A stretch of DNA of 32,000 nt from Demequinaceae bacterium. Lineage in GTDB: Bacteria > Actinomycetota > Actinomycetes > Actinomycetales > Demequinaceae. The position numbers and the translations under genes were made by a program. Position 1 is the first letter of the stretch. Every line of letters begins with the position of its first letter. The stretch lies in the NCBI GenBank assembly GCA_965250005.1, contig OZ252279.1, positions 120,001 through 152,000 of the forward strand. Direction: 5' to 3'. Shown here piece after piece: positions 1 to 10,499 of the stretch. Below the pieces are notes generated by a model. The model saw only the letters and a list, made by a program, of their open reading frames with translations, searched no databases and was not told the DNA's origin.

Positions 1-86
1 ACGATGCTATCCGCGCGCGGAGAGGCGCAACATCAGGGAGCACCCCGACCCCGCACGGGGGAGGCCCGAAGTGGCTTGCGTGTGTC

Positions 87-467
87 TTAGGAGCGGGATG
101 CGATTGCGATTGCCACGAGGGCGATCGCAGGCAGCGTGCCCTGCACGACTGCTCCGCGCCACAGCCTGGGGAACCGCCATACCAGCACGATTGCCGCTCC
201 AGCCATGTACGCCATGCTGTAGATGAGTAGCGTGTTCGAGTCGCTCTGCGCCGCCATCCACGCACCCACAAGCGCGCCTATAGCGAGGAATAGGTTGTAG
301 AACCCCTGGTTGAAGAACACGCCTTCTTGCGCGAGCGCGTCTTCGGCGCTGCGCGCACCAAACAGGCGCCACACGGGCTCACGCTTCCACAGGAGCGACT
401 CCAGCATCCAGATCCCAATGTGGACGAGTCCTGCGAGGGAGGCAGCAACGACGGCGAAGGTAATCAT
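87..467 (-). CDS. Small integral membrane protein, DUF1304-like
   Basis: 126 aa ORF with several hydrophobic segments (MITFAVVAASLAGLVHIGIWMLES...FYNLFLAIGALVGAW), resembling DUF1304 proteins. Confidence 0.75.
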   Translation of the reverse strand: MITFAVVAASLAGLVHIGIWMLESLLWKREPVWRLFGARSAEDALAQEGVFFNQGFYNLFLAIGALVGAWMAAQSDSNTLLIYSMAYMAGAAIVLVWRFPRLWRGAVVQGTLPAIALVAIAIASRS

Positions 468-526
468 GCGCCGAGCCTACGCGGGTGGGCCCCACAGGGC
501 CCACCCGCCAGCGAACTTAGGTCTCG

Positions 527-901
527 CTACTCGGGCAAACCTTCGAGGACCGAGATGATGTTTCCGGCCGGATCCTTGAACCACGCCACGCCCGGCGCCG
601 TCGTCCGATCGATGCCCTTGGCGTCGGTGTTGGGGTATATCTCCATCGTGACGCCGCCGGCGACGAGGCTGTCAACGGCCTCCTCCACGCTGTCAACAGG
701 GATGTTAAGGCAGGTGTACACAGCCGCGACGTGGTCAGGCTTGTCGTACGCCATCAGGGTGCCGCCTCCGTGCGTGATCATCAAAAACCCCTCGTTCATG
801 GTGACGTCGAAGCCAAGGACTTCGCTGTAGAACTTCTTGCCCGCCTCGAGGTCGGGCATGGAGACGCTGCTGAATGACTTTGCTTTTGCGAACATGTTCA
901 C
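527..901 (-). CDS. VOC/glyoxalase-family protein
   Basis: 124 aa ORF with the VOC pattern (FYSEVLGFDVTMNEGFLMIT...PGVAWFKDPAGNIISVLE). Confidence 0.85.
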   Translation of the reverse strand: MNMFAKAKSFSSVSMPDLEAGKKFYSEVLGFDVTMNEGFLMITHGGGTLMAYDKPDHVAAVYTCLNIPVDSVEEAVDSLVAGGVTMEIYPNTDAKGIDRTTAPGVAWFKDPAGNIISVLEGLPE

Positions 902-979
902 TCCTTGTGATCTTCATTGATCAGTGCCGTTGATTGCACTATGGGATGGGGTACTTCTGCACGCAACGAGCCCCGTGGA

Positions 980-2200
980 CTACGCAACCTCCTCCACGGT
1001 GACTCGCACGATTCTGTCGTCCCCGTCTCGGGGGCCGCCGTTGCCATCAGTGTTGCTCGTCATGACGTAGAGCGCTCCGTCGGGCCCCCACGACACGGCT
1101 CGGATTCGACCCAAGTCGTCGAGGAGCACGTGCGGCGTGCCGACCCCCTGGCCGACTAGCGGGATCCGCCACACGCGAGAGCCGCGGAGCGCGCCCATGT
1201 AGATCGCCTCGTCGGTGACGGCGATCCCCGAAGGGGACGCCTGATCCGTTGGCCACGTAGCGACGGGGTACGTGAGCCCCTCGACTGTTGCGCCCAGCTC
1301 GGTTCCGTTGGGGGAGCCGAACAGCCCCTCAACGGTGGGCCAACCGTAGTTTGCGCCGGCGACTATTTGGTTGAGTTCGTCCTGTTCATTCTGGCCGAGC
1401 TCGGAGGCGAACATTCGCCCGTCCGGTGACCACCCCAGGCCCTGGACATTGCGGTGTCCCCAACTCCAGATGCGCGTGCCAAACGGGTTGCCCGGCGCGG
1501 CTTCACCGTCGTTAGCACCGCCGTCGGCGACGACGCGCAGGATCTTGCCCGCGAGAGAGTCGAGATCCTGCGCGAGGGGCTTATTGGCCGCGTCTCCCGT
1601 TGCGATGTAGAGGTATCCGTCGGGACCGAACCGGATTCGGCCGCCGTCGTGGTTGTGTGCCTTCGGGATTCCTGACAGGATCACGGTCGCCGGGCCGAGC
1701 GTGTCGCCGGATACCTCCATGCGCACCACCGTGTTGCCCGAATCGCGCGTGACGTATGCGAACAGCAGAGTTGGGTCGTCGGGATGCAGGGCCAGGCCTA
1801 GAAGTCCAGCTTCGCGCGCGTTGTAGAGCGCGGATTGCAGGTCGTCCGCGCCAGCTCCGGTGAGCTCAGTGACGGTGGCGCCGTCGACTCGCAGAATCTT
1901 GGCCTGATCACGCAGTGAGATTAGTGGCGTCCCGTGCGGTTCCCAAGCGATGTCCCATGGCGCGGCGAGTCCCGTGACCCAGTCCTCGCGGGCGTCGACT
2001 CTCGCGAGCGCAGCGCCTTCGACGACGCTTGGCCCGGGCTCCGTAGGCGCGATTTCGCCCGCACCCGCAGAAATCGCCGGGATGGGGCTGGCCGAGGGGG
2101 AGGGCGAGGGCGCGGGCTCTGTGGCGCAGGCCGTCAGCGCGAGCAGCAGCCCGGTCAGTGCCGCGGTAGCGGTGGCACGAGCGCTCGAGGCATCGCTCAT
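980..2200 (-). CDS. PQQ-dependent sugar dehydrogenase-like (glucose/sorbosone dehydrogenase) lipoprotein
   Basis: 406 aa; lipobox-like N-terminus (LLLALTACA); beta-propeller motifs GLAAPWDIAWEPHG, GLLGLALHPD, HNHDGGRIRFGPDGYLYIATGDA, WSWGHRNVQGLGW. Confidence 0.9.
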   Translation of the reverse strand: MSDASSARATATAALTGLLLALTACATEPAPSPSPSASPIPAISAGAGEIAPTEPGPSVVEGAALARVDAREDWVTGLAAPWDIAWEPHGTPLISLRDQAKILRVDGATVTELTGAGADDLQSALYNAREAGLLGLALHPDDPTLLFAYVTRDSGNTVVRMEVSGDTLGPATVILSGIPKAHNHDGGRIRFGPDGYLYIATGDAANKPLAQDLDSLAGKILRVVADGGANDGEAAPGNPFGTRIWSWGHRNVQGLGWSPDGRMFASELGQNEQDELNQIVAGANYGWPTVEGLFGSPNGTELGATVEGLTYPVATWPTDQASPSGIAVTDEAIYMGALRGSRVWRIPLVGQGVGTPHVLLDDLGRIRAVSWGPDGALYVMTSNTDGNGGPRDGDDRIVRVTVEEVA

Positions 2201-2407
2201 AACTCCACGCTAACCCGCCTCGCCCCCGCGCGGCAGGGGGAAGTTTGCGAAAGACGCTGCGCGCGGCGGAGCAGCGCCCACTAAGAGCCGAGGGCCGCCG
2301 GTCGTATCCCTCAGCACGGTATTCGCGCCCGACGCTGGGACCGCACGGCACGGCGATCGGCCCGCGTAGGCGCCTCCACACCGTCTGAGGCGCGCAATAC
2401 AGGAGCC

Positions 2408-2770
2408 ATGTCCGTCTCTGTCGACCAAGTTGTGGAGTTCGCCACCACGCTGGCGCGCACGGATTTCATCGGGTCCGGCAGCCGCCGGAGGTTGCGCGTC
2501 GACTCGAATGTCTACGCTGTGTTCTCCGAGGACGGCGAACGCATGGGGTTTGCCTACCCCAAGGAGGAGCGGGACGCGCTCGTCGCATCGGATCAAGCGA
2601 AATTCGAGCAACCTCGTGAAAGCGACCTGAAGTACAACTGGGTGGTCGCGAACCTCGGCGCGATCGACATAGACGAGGCCCAGGAACTCGTCATGGATGC
2701 ATGGGGGCTCGTGGTCCCCAAGTTTCTATTCAAAGCGCGACTTGAAGAACTGGGCGTCTCTGGCGACTAG
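2408..2770 (+). CDS. MmcQ/YjbR-family protein
   Basis: 120 aa ORF; overall pattern (YAVFSEDGERMGFAYPKEERDALVASDQAKF...LGAIDIDEAQELVMDAWGLVVPKFL) fits the MmcQ/YjbR fold family. Confidence 0.6.
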   Translation: MSVSVDQVVEFATTLARTDFIGSGSRRRLRVDSNVYAVFSEDGERMGFAYPKEERDALVASDQAKFEQPRESDLKYNWVVANLGAIDIDEAQELVMDAWGLVVPKFLFKARLEELGVSGD

Positions 2771-2837
2771 CTGGGCCCGTGATTGGGGACGTATGCCGGG
2801 TTCGCGCCATCGAGTCAGGCGAGCGGTTACACTTGCC

Positions 2838-3050
2838 ACCACAAGCGCTGACCCGGCCATCACCGGTGAGCTTCCGGAAGAACAGCCCGGCCCCTATGGC
2901 CTGGCCCAGTAGAGCCGGACGGGCAAGCCCGTCACAGCGAGTCGCCCTCGGGCGGCACGAGCGGCCGCGCCACCCGGAATCGGGAGGCAACGCAAGCGGG
3001 GTGGTACCGCGCAACTCGCCAGGCTTACGCCCGGCAGGCAAGCGTCCTCG
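2838..3050 (+). promoter_or_regulatory. T-box riboswitch leader of ileS, probably translational
   Basis: Specifier region CCGGCCATCACCGG with AUC (Ile) at 2859..2861, followed by CTTCCGGAAGAAC. Conserved T-box core GGGGTGGTACCGCG around 2998..3011, about 90 nt upstream of the ileS ATG. UGGU in the core is complementary to an ACCA tRNA 3' end. Exact boundaries are approximate. Confidence 0.9.
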
Positions 3051-3101
3051 CAGCAGCAGTGCTTGAGACCACCCGCTACGCCGCTAAGGAAACGCCTCGA
3101 C

Positions 3102-6100
3102 ATGACTGACTCGACTGCCGCATCGGCCGCCGCCAGCTACCCCCTGCACCGCGACGGAGCGATTGTCGCCTCGCCCAAGTTCCCGGATATCGAGGGCGAC
3201 GTACTCGCGTACTGGAAGTCCGACGGCACGTTCCAGAAGTCCATCGACCAGCGCGCGGATGCCGAGGAGTTCGTCTTCTACGATGGCCCGCCGTTCGCGA
3301 ACGGGCTGCCGCACTACGGCCACCTGCTTACCGGTTACGCCAAGGATGTGGTGCCGCGCTACCAGACGATGCGCGGTAAGCGCGTGGAGCGCCGCTTTGG
3401 CTGGGACACGCACGGGCTGCCGGCTGAGCTCGAGGCGGAGCGCGTCCTTGGCATCACGGACAAGAGCCAGATCGACCAGATGGGCATCGCCGCATTCAAC
3501 AAGCAGTGCCGCGAGTCGGTCCTCAAGTACACGGACGAGTGGGAAACCTACGTCACGCGCCAGGCGCGGTGGGTGGACTTCGAAAACGACTACAAGACGC
3601 TCGACGTGAACTACATGGAGTCCGTGATCTGGGGCTTCAAGCAGTTGCACGACAAGGGCCTCGCGTACGAGGGCCACAAGGTGCTGCCGTACTGCTGGCG
3701 CGACGAGACGCCGCTGTCCAACCACGAGCTACGCATGGACGACGACGTCTACCAGATGCGCCAGGACCCGGCGCTGACCGTGCTGCTGCCGCTCGTCGAC
3801 GCTTCCGGCGACCTTGCTGACGCCTTCGTTCTCATTTGGACCACCACTCCGTGGACGCTGCCGTCCAACCTTGCCGCGGCCGTGGGCCCTGAGGTCGAAT
3901 ACTCCGTCGTAGAACCGACCGCGGGTGCGTTCGCAGGCCGCCGGGTGGTGCTCGCGTCCGCGCGCGTGTCCGCCTACGAGCGCGAGCTCGGGGAGGACGC
4001 CGCCGTGCGCGCGACCATCACCGGCGCGGACCTCGTCGGCCTTAAGTACGAGCCGCCGTTCGGCCACTTCAAGGCCATCGAGAACGCCCACCGCATCCTC
4101 GCTGCGGACTTCGTGACAACCGAGGATGGCACGGGAATTGTCCACCTCGCCCCCGGATTCGGTGAGGACGACGCAGCTGTGTGCCAGGAGGCCGGCATCG
4201 AGACTGTCGTCCCTATCGACTCCAAGGGCCGCTTCACGTCCGAGGTCCCCGAGTATGAAGGCCAGCAGGTGTTCGACGCGAACAAGCCGATCATCGAGGA
4301 CCTCAAGGCCGCTGGCATCATCCTGCGCCACGAGACATACGACCACAGTTACCCGCACTGCTGGCGCTGCCGCAACCCGCTCATCTACCGGGCGATCGGC
4401 TCGTGGTTTGTGCGCGTAACGGACTTCCGCGACCGCATGGTCGAGCTGAACGAGGACATCACCTGGGTGCCCGAGCACATCAAGGACGGCCAGTTTGGCA
4501 AGTGGCTGGCCGGGGCGCGCGACTGGTCCATCAGCCGCAACCGCTACTTCGGCACTCCCATCCCCGTGTGGCAGAGCGACAACCCCGACTATCCGCGCAT
4601 CGACGTCTACGGCTCGCTTGAGGACATCAAGAAGGACTTTGGCCGCCTGCCGGTCAACGAGTCGGGCGAGCCGGACCTCCACCGGCCCTACATTGACGAC
4701 CTAGTGCGTGCCAACCCGGACGACCCGTCCGGCGAGTCCATGATGCGCCGCATCCCCGACGTGCTCGACGTGTGGTTCGACTCCGGCTCGATGCCGTTCG
4801 CGCAGGTCCACTACCCGTTCGAGAACGCCGAGAAGTTCGAGGCGCACTACCCGGGCGACTTCATCGTCGAGTACATCGGGCAGACCCGCGGGTGGTTCTA
4901 CACGCTACACGCACTTGCGACCGCACTATTCGACAAGCCCAGCTTCAGAACCTGCGTGAGCCACGGCATCGTCCTCGGCAGCGACGGCCGCAAGATGTCG
5001 AAGTCCCTCCAGAACTACCCTGACGTCAACGAGGTGTTCCACCGCGACGGCTCCGACGCGATGCGCTGGTTCCTCATGAGCTCGCCCATTCTGCGCGGCG
5101 GCAACCTGGTGGTCACCGAGGAGGGTATCCGCGACTCGGTTCGCCAGGTGCTGCTCCCGCTGTGGAGCACCTACTATTTCTTCACGCTCTACGCCGGTGC
5201 TGCTGATTCCGGCGCCGGGTATCGCGCGCGCCGCATCGCCGATGCTGAAGTCGCCGAGCTCCCAGAGATGGACAGGTATGTGCTCGCCAAGGTCGCGGAG
5301 CTGGTGGACGAGGTCGCCGAGCTCATGGATGCCTACGACGTGCCGGACGCGTGCAAGGCCGTCGAGAGCTTCCTCGACCTGCTGACCAACTGGTACGTGC
5401 GTACCCAGCGCGCCCGCTTCTGGGACGAGGACGAGGTGGCGTTCAACACGCTGTTCACCGTCCTGGAAACGCTCACGCACGTGATGGCGCCGCTTGCGCC
5501 GCTGGTCTCGGAAGAGGTCTGGCGTGGGCTTACCGGCGGGCGCTCCGTGCACTTGGCCGACTGGCCGGAGGTGCCCAAGAAGTGGCGCGACGCGACCCTC
5601 GCACCTGCGATGGATGAAGTGCGGCGCATTGTGTCGGTTGCCCACTCGCTTCGAAAAATCAATCAGATTCGTGTCCGCCAACCGCTTGAGTCTTTGCGGG
5701 TGCTGCCCGACGCGGAGACGATCGGCTCTAAAGTGCTCGAACCGTATGCGGGCCTCATCTCCCAGGAACTCAACGTGCGCGGTGTTCGATTCTCCGTGCC
5801 AGGGGGATCTTCGGACACGTTGGGAGTCGAAGTTGAGAAAGTGCTGTCAGTTGACGCTCGTGCTGCCGGCCCTCGGATCGGACAGCAGGTGCAAGCCGCG
5901 ATCAAGGGCTCGAAGACGGGCGACTGGTCTGTCGACGGTGATACCGCAATCAGTGGCGGGGTAGTTCTCGAGCCCGGGGAATTCAAACTCGATTCTCAGG
6001 TCAACGTTTCGGGAGACGGCGTGGCGGCCGCAGTCCTCGGCGAAACTGGTCTCGTCGTGCTCGACACCACGCTCACGCCCGAGCTCGAGGCCGAGGGCTT

Positions 6101-6329
6101 CGCGCGCGACGTGATCCGCGTGGTCCAGGACGAGCGCAAGCGGCTCGACCTCAACGTGATCGACCGGATCAAGTTGACGCTCACCGTCCCGGCCGACAAG
6201 GTCGCGGCGGTCCAGGCGCACCTCGAACTTATCGCCGGCGAGACGCTCGCGCAGGATCGGGAGACCGGAGCCGCTCGGGTTGGTGTTGCGGCGGGCGCCG
6301 AGCTTGCTGCAGTAGTGGAGGCTCTCTAG
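3102..6329 (+). CDS. ileS: Isoleucyl-tRNA synthetase
   Basis: HIGH-type motif ([17 protein letters not shown]) and KMSKS motif ([13 protein letters not shown]). ATG at 3102 preceded by AAGGA; the ORF track extends to a TTG at 3063, which is less likely. Confidence 0.98.
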   Translation: MTDSTAASAAASYPLHRDGAIVASPKFPDIEGDVLAYWKSDGTFQKSIDQRADAEEFVFYDGPPFANGLPHYGHLLTGYAKDVVPRYQTMRGKRVERRFGWDTHGLPAELEAERVLGITDKSQIDQMGIAAFNKQCRESVLKYTDEWETYVTRQARWVDFENDYKTLDVNYMESVIWGFKQLHDKGLAYEGHKVLPYCWRDETPLSNHELRMDDDVYQMRQDPALTVLLPLVDASGDLADAFVLIWTTTPWTLPSNLAAAVGPEVEYSVVEPTAGAFAGRRVVLASARVSAYERELGEDAAVRATITGADLVGLKYEPPFGHFKAIENAHRILAADFVTTEDGTGIVHLAPGFGEDDAAVCQEAGIETVVPIDSKGRFTSEVPEYEGQQVFDANKPIIEDLKAAGIILRHETYDHSYPHCWRCRNPLIYRAIGSWFVRVTDFRDRMVELNEDITWVPEHIKDGQFGKWLAGARDWSISRNRYFGTPIPVWQSDNPDYPRIDVYGSLEDIKKDFGRLPVNESGEPDLHRPYIDDLVRANPDDPSGESMMRRIPDVLDVWFDSGSMPFAQVHYPFENAEKFEAHYPGDFIVEYIGQTRGWFYTLHALATALFDKPSFRTCVSHGIVLGSDGRKMSKSLQNYPDVNEVFHRDGSDAMRWFLMSSPILRGGNLVVTEEGIRDSVRQVLLPLWSTYYFFTLYAGAADSGAGYRARRIADAEVAELPEMDRYVLAKVAELVDEVAELMDAYDVPDACKAVESFLDLLTNWYVRTQRARFWDEDEVAFNTLFTVLETLTHVMAPLAPLVSEEVWRGLTGGRSVHLADWPEVPKKWRDATLAPAMDEVRRIVSVAHSLRKINQIRVRQPLESLRVLPDAETIGSKVLEPYAGLISQELNVRGVRFSVPGGSSDTLGVEVEKVLSVDARAAGPRIGQQVQAAIKGSKTGDWSVDGDTAISGGVVLEPGEFKLDSQVNVSGDGVAAAVLGETGLVVLDTTLTPELEAEGFARDVIRVVQDERKRLDLNVIDRIKLTLTVPADKVAAVQAHLELIAGETLAQDRETGAARVGVAAGAELAAVVEAL

Positions 6330-6413
6330 CGCACCGAGTTCGACGCGCCCCTTCCGACGTTTTGTTACTACGGTTCGAATGCCGTCGAACACTCGGCCAA
6401 AAGGAGAGACGCC

Positions 6414-7196
6414 GTGCTACACCGACTGACTATCCCGTTCGCCTCCGCTGTCGCCGTGCTGGCGGCTGGATGCGCAGGGCCGGCGAGTCCCGTCGACGCG
6501 GACGCGCCCGTGGTCACCGCTGAGGCCGTGGCAGCCATTCAACTTGAGATGGACGGTGACCGATTTGAGCGCGGCGGCGAAGAGATACCTGTGAGCGAAT
6601 TGGGCTAGTACCTCTTGGCTGACCGGCCGCCCGAGTCCGTGGAGCCGGCTTCGTGCCGCGGCTGGCACGTGTCGCAATTCCTCTTTGCCGAGAGCGAAGC
6701 TGACGCGACCGACGCGATTCTGATCCTCGGCGTACTGCAGGTTGAGCGCGGTGAGCGGAACACGTATATGATCGTCACCGCCAGCGCCCGGGTATTCGCG
6801 TCGGGTGAGGAGGCGCGGACACTCTTCGACACAATCGAGGCCGACGCGCGGGCATGTCCAGATGGGTATGCGTCGGTTCAGTACAGCACCGCGCCGGGAG
6901 ACGGCGAGGTTCTCCGCGTGTCGTCGCCCGTGTCTGCCTCGACCGTTTCCATCGACCGAGCGCCTGGCCCGCACGGCTCGGTCGTGCTAACCGGGCGGTC
7001 GGTGGACGTCAAGGGCTTCTATGGGGACACCTACTCGACCGCGACGACCGTGTGGTCGTACGTTCTGGTCGGCAACGTCGTCGTGAGTCTCAACACGTTC
7101 GACGGTTACCAAGCAGTGCCCGCGGACGCCAAGGAGTTCGACGCGATTATTGAGCAGCTCACCGCGGCCGTGGATGCGGCCGCCGAGACCGCGTAG
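6414..7196 (+). pseudogene. Lipoprotein of the local paralog family, interrupted by an in-frame TAG at 6606..6608
   Basis: ORFs 6414..6608 and 6615..7196 are in the same frame, separated only by TAG TAC CTC. Strong SD (AAAAGGAGAG) and lipobox (AVLAAGCAG). The sequence across the stop aligns without gaps to the neighbouring paralog (SELG*YLLADRPPESVEP vs SDVLAGIVADTPPESVEP). Confidence 0.8.
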
Positions 7197-7215
7197 CGGC
7201 GAACGGAAGGCAAGG

Positions 7216-7983
7216 ATGAAAGTCCATCCATCACAAGTCAGCGTGGCTCTGGTGGTAGCGGCGGTGCTCGCGGTGTCCGCGTGTGTTCCGCGCGCGGAGC
7301 AGCTGAGTGATGCTGGCTCCCAGTTGGCGACGTTGGGCACCTCAATTGACGGGATGCCCTTCGAGGCTGGCGCCGGTGACTCCTCGGCGTCCGACGTGCT
7401 CGCGGGGATCGTCGCCGACACCCCGCCCGAGAGCGTTGAGCCCGTCGTGTGTCGCGAGCGGCACGTGCTCAAGTGGATTGTGTCGGAGGAAGACGCGGAG
7501 AGTGATGACGACTTCGTCGACCTTGGTTTCGCCTCTCTCCCGATTGACGCATCGGGCCGATCTCAGTTCGTGTACGCGATGGGCCGGGCCTTTCGGTCAG
7601 AGGTTGACGCTCAGGCGTTCTTCGGCGACCTGACCGCGTCGTCGGCCCTGTGTGAGGCGGGATATTCGCACGACGCCTGGGACGCGGATGCCTCGCAAAC
7701 CGGAGAGTGGAAAGTGGTGCGCGAATCGGTGGGTCGTCGCGAGGCCGAACTCGTGGACGGACCAGATGGCGCGCGCGTGTTCCGCGGACTGTCGTTCGAC
7801 TCAGTCGTCATTTCGGGGGGCGAGCCTTCGGCGTCGAATGTGCGCTGGGCCTACGTTGTGTACGGCAACGTGATCGTGCATTTCCGGAGCTACGACACAG
7901 TCGAATCGGCGCCGCTGACGAGCGAGCAGCGCGACGGCCTAGTGGGCGCGATCGTCGACGCGCTCGCGGCTGCCGACGACTAG
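7216..7983 (+). CDS. Secreted lipoprotein, sensor-like domain family (intact paralog)
   Basis: ATG at 7216 preceded by GGAAGGCAAGG; lipobox (VLAVSACVP); shares ADTPPESVEPVVC, an AxxFF...C motif and WAYVVYGNVIVHF with the gene upstream. Confidence 0.8.
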   Translation: MKVHPSQVSVALVVAAVLAVSACVPRAEQLSDAGSQLATLGTSIDGMPFEAGAGDSSASDVLAGIVADTPPESVEPVVCRERHVLKWIVSEEDAESDDDFVDLGFASLPIDASGRSQFVYAMGRAFRSEVDAQAFFGDLTASSALCEAGYSHDAWDADASQTGEWKVVRESVGRREAELVDGPDGARVFRGLSFDSVVISGGEPSASNVRWAYVVYGNVIVHFRSYDTVESAPLTSEQRDGLVGAIVDALAAADD

Positions 7984-8098
7984 GGGAGCCAACTGCGGCT
8001 GAACGGTCGTTGCTGGCGAAACTCGGCCAATGGGTGCATTTCGAGGTGGCGCTTGCTGGTCTCGTTGCGCACTCCGCGCACCTAGCGGCAGCCCGTTG

Positions 8099-8701
8099 TT
8101 AGCAGCTCCCGTTCTGGAGCCCTCGCTCGAATGAGTACTCGAACGTCTTGAGTTCGCCCTCGGGGTGCTCCAACCAGACGCACCAGTCGGTGAACCCGGT
8201 TCCGGTCGTGTCGCCGTAGACGACCCCGGCCGACTTGCCGACGTCTAGATCAGACTCGCCAAGGTCGATATGGAAGCGGTCGCCCTGCACAGTGATCTCG
8301 GGCGGGAGGCCATCGTGGTCCAAGTAGTAGGTCGCGATCTCCTTGGCGAGCGTCGAGACGTCGGCTTTGGCGGCCGCGTCGTACGCCAGCCGTTGTTGCT
8401 CCGCGACCTGTGGTGCCGCCATGACGGCTATCAACGCGATAGCGACGACCGCGGCGACGATGACCGACCCGCCGACGATCAAGCCGATCGCGAGGCCGCT
8501 GAGGCCCTTCTTGGCGGGCGTGGACTGCGCGGTTTGCGTGGCCTGCGCAGCCTGTGCGGGCTCTGCAGTCTGCGCCGGCTGCGCAGGACTGGTGTGCTCC
8601 GTCCAGGTGGCACCGTCCCAGTACCTCAGGAGCGCGGGGTCCTTGGGATCCGGATACCAGTCCGGGGGAGGGGTGGTGGGGCCTTGGGCTCCAGTGCCCA
8701 T
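8099..8701 (-). CDS. DUF2510-containing membrane protein
   Basis: N-terminal DWYPDPKDPALLRYWDGATWTEHT (DUF2510 signature), Ala/Gln/Thr-rich linker, one TM helix (LAIGLIVGGSVIVAAVVAIALIAVM), extracellular C-terminus. Confidence 0.85.
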   Translation of the reverse strand: MGTGAQGPTTPPPDWYPDPKDPALLRYWDGATWTEHTSPAQPAQTAEPAQAAQATQTAQSTPAKKGLSGLAIGLIVGGSVIVAAVVAIALIAVMAAPQVAEQQRLAYDAAAKADVSTLAKEIATYYLDHDGLPPEITVQGDRFHIDLGESDLDVGKSAGVVYGDTTGTGFTDWCVWLEHPEGELKTFEYSFERGLQNGSC

Positions 8702-8924
8702 AGGAGTGCCTGCGCTTTCATCGTGGGCGATCGAGACTCAGGCTAGCGGCGATTGCTCTGAACTGCCTGTCGAGCGAATCGCGCCGGCTAGTCCGTCAGG
8801 GTCGCCATGAGGTCACGCAGCAGGTCGAGCGCGCCATCGGCTCCACGCTGCTAAGCGAAATGGCGCGGCGGCTGCTACTTTTGATCTGGCTGAGGTTTTC
8901 GCCGTCTAACGTTGCGGAGGTCTC

Positions 8925-9758
8925 ATGTTTACGTCCCGAAGGATCGCCGTTCCCACGGTCGTTGCCGCGCTCGCCGTGAGTCTCGGCGCCTGCAACCCGC
9001 CCGCCGCGGACCCGTCTGCCAGTCCCGCGCCTGTCGTCACCGTGACTACGGCAGCGCAGGCTCCGTCTGCGACACTGTCTGGCCCAGAGCCGGTCACGTC
9101 CGCCCCAGCGCCCGTCGCTGTGGTGCACACGGTGCCTGAGGTCTCGTCGTTCGTTTTCGTTGGCGACGGTTTCACCTGGAACCCTACGATCTTTACGGAC
9201 ACTGCCATCGGCTCCTTCACGCAGACCGCCACGTACTGGAATGCGGGCAACATCTCCCCAGCGAGTTGCCTAGACGTGACTCTCGCGGAGCAAATGGTCA
9301 TGCCCGCGGATGGCGCCCCAGGGCCCACCGGTGCGGACACGATCCTTGACCTCGGGTTTGCCGAGCAGTCCGCCCCCGCGCAGCCCACCCGCATCTACGC
9401 AAGGGTGTTCCCGAATGCCGCAGCCGCCGAGGTGTTCGCAGCGTTTGTGGCATCATCTGCCGTTTCATGCCTGAGCTACTCCTACACGGCCGACAACTAC
9501 GAGGCGATCACCGGCGCAGTGGTGCATGCTGACGTCACCCTGCCCACGGTCGGGCACCTGCAGACGGTGTCGAAGGAGGGCGTCACCACCTACTTCGACG
9601 GTGTGCTCGACAGCGCCATCGCGGGGATGAACTGGCTCAGCTACGTGGTCGTAGACCACAACGTGGTCCTGTCAGTGCAGTTCGGCCGTAAGGCGACGCC
9701 ACACCTCGACGCCTACGCAATCGACGTGATCGACCAGTTCCTCAACCACTTGGACTGA
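8925..9758 (+). CDS. Secreted lipoprotein, third divergent member of the local sensor-like family
   Basis: 277 aa; lipobox (VSLGACN); YARVFPNAAAAEVFAAFVASSAVSCLSYSY and NWLSYVVVDHNVVLSVQF match positions in the two upstream paralogs. Confidence 0.75.
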   Translation: MFTSRRIAVPTVVAALAVSLGACNPPAADPSASPAPVVTVTTAAQAPSATLSGPEPVTSAPAPVAVVHTVPEVSSFVFVGDGFTWNPTIFTDTAIGSFTQTATYWNAGNISPASCLDVTLAEQMVMPADGAPGPTGADTILDLGFAEQSAPAQPTRIYARVFPNAAAAEVFAAFVASSAVSCLSYSYTADNYEAITGAVVHADVTLPTVGHLQTVSKEGVTTYFDGVLDSAIAGMNWLSYVVVDHNVVLSVQFGRKATPHLDAYAIDVIDQFLNHLD

Positions 9759-9854
9759 GCCTCGCCGCGCGGCATCGCTTGCGCCGACTAGAGCTCCACC
9801 GCTCCGCCAGCGGTCCCCGGGAATCTACTTGGGCCAACGGGGGTTGGGCTGTAC

Positions 9855-10499
9855 GTGACGTCATCAATCGAAGGGGCCGAAGAGTCGGCCGCGCAGTGGC
9901 GCCCGCGAGCGAGCCTGATTCTGTTTGTCGCGGGAATTGCCACATGGTACCTACCCACCTACCCGCTGCAAGTAGGCGACTACGCGGGGATCACCGCGTT
10001 CAATGTGGGCGGCTGGGCTGCGCCGCTGGCGCCCATCGCGCTGGTGCTCGCTGGCCTCGCGCTCAACCAGGCGCCGCTCAAGAGGCGCGCCGTAGCCATC
10101 GCCCTGGCGGCTGGATTCGCCGTGCTCATGTGGGTGTGGCCGTTCGGGTCGGGTTTCTATTCAGCGGACGCGTGGGGCGACCGGTTCGTTGCGAGCCTCG
10201 CCTACCCTGTGCTCACGGCGGCGTGGGCGCACCTCAAGGGCTGGCCCCGCAGGGCGTTGGCGGGCCTCGCTCCGCTCGCGCTGATTGTGCTGGGGGGCAC
10301 GCTCATGTACAACGTGGGCGAGTCCGTGGTGCCGGCGTCGAGCGCTATTCGCAGCACCATCATCGCCATCGGGCCGCTCTTCGTGAAGGTTACGGGCGCG
10401 GGCATCGCTGCCGCGGTCATTGCCGTCGGATCACTGAGCCTGGCGGAGCGATTCGCGGGTAGAGCCGCCGAGCAGGCAAACGAGGGAAGTGCGGACTAG
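9855..10499 (+). CDS. Hypothetical multi-pass membrane protein
   Basis: 214 aa ORF (GTG start) with multiple hydrophobic segments. Confidence 0.6.
   Translation: MTSSIEGAEESAAQWRPRASLILFVAGIATWYLPTYPLQVGDYAGITAFNVGGWAAPLAPIALVLAGLALNQAPLKRRAVAIALAAGFAVLMWVWPFGSGFYSADAWGDRFVASLAYPVLTAAWAHLKGWPRRALAGLAPLALIVLGGTLMYNVGESVVPASSAIRSTIIAIGPLFVKVTGAGIAAAVIAVGSLSLAERFAGRAAEQANEGSAD

Noticed and set aside
3084-4682. Long antisense ORFs (3084..3725 -, 3729..4682 -) opposite ileS
   Set aside because: Shadow ORFs from high-GC codon bias opposite a clear ileS; low-complexity Arg/Val/Leu-rich translations with no family resemblance.
8735-8900. Short minus-strand reading frame ending GALDLLRDLMATLTD before a stop in the 8702..8924 gap
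   Set aside because: A stop lies just upstream and no start codon or SD fits a gene; too short to support.
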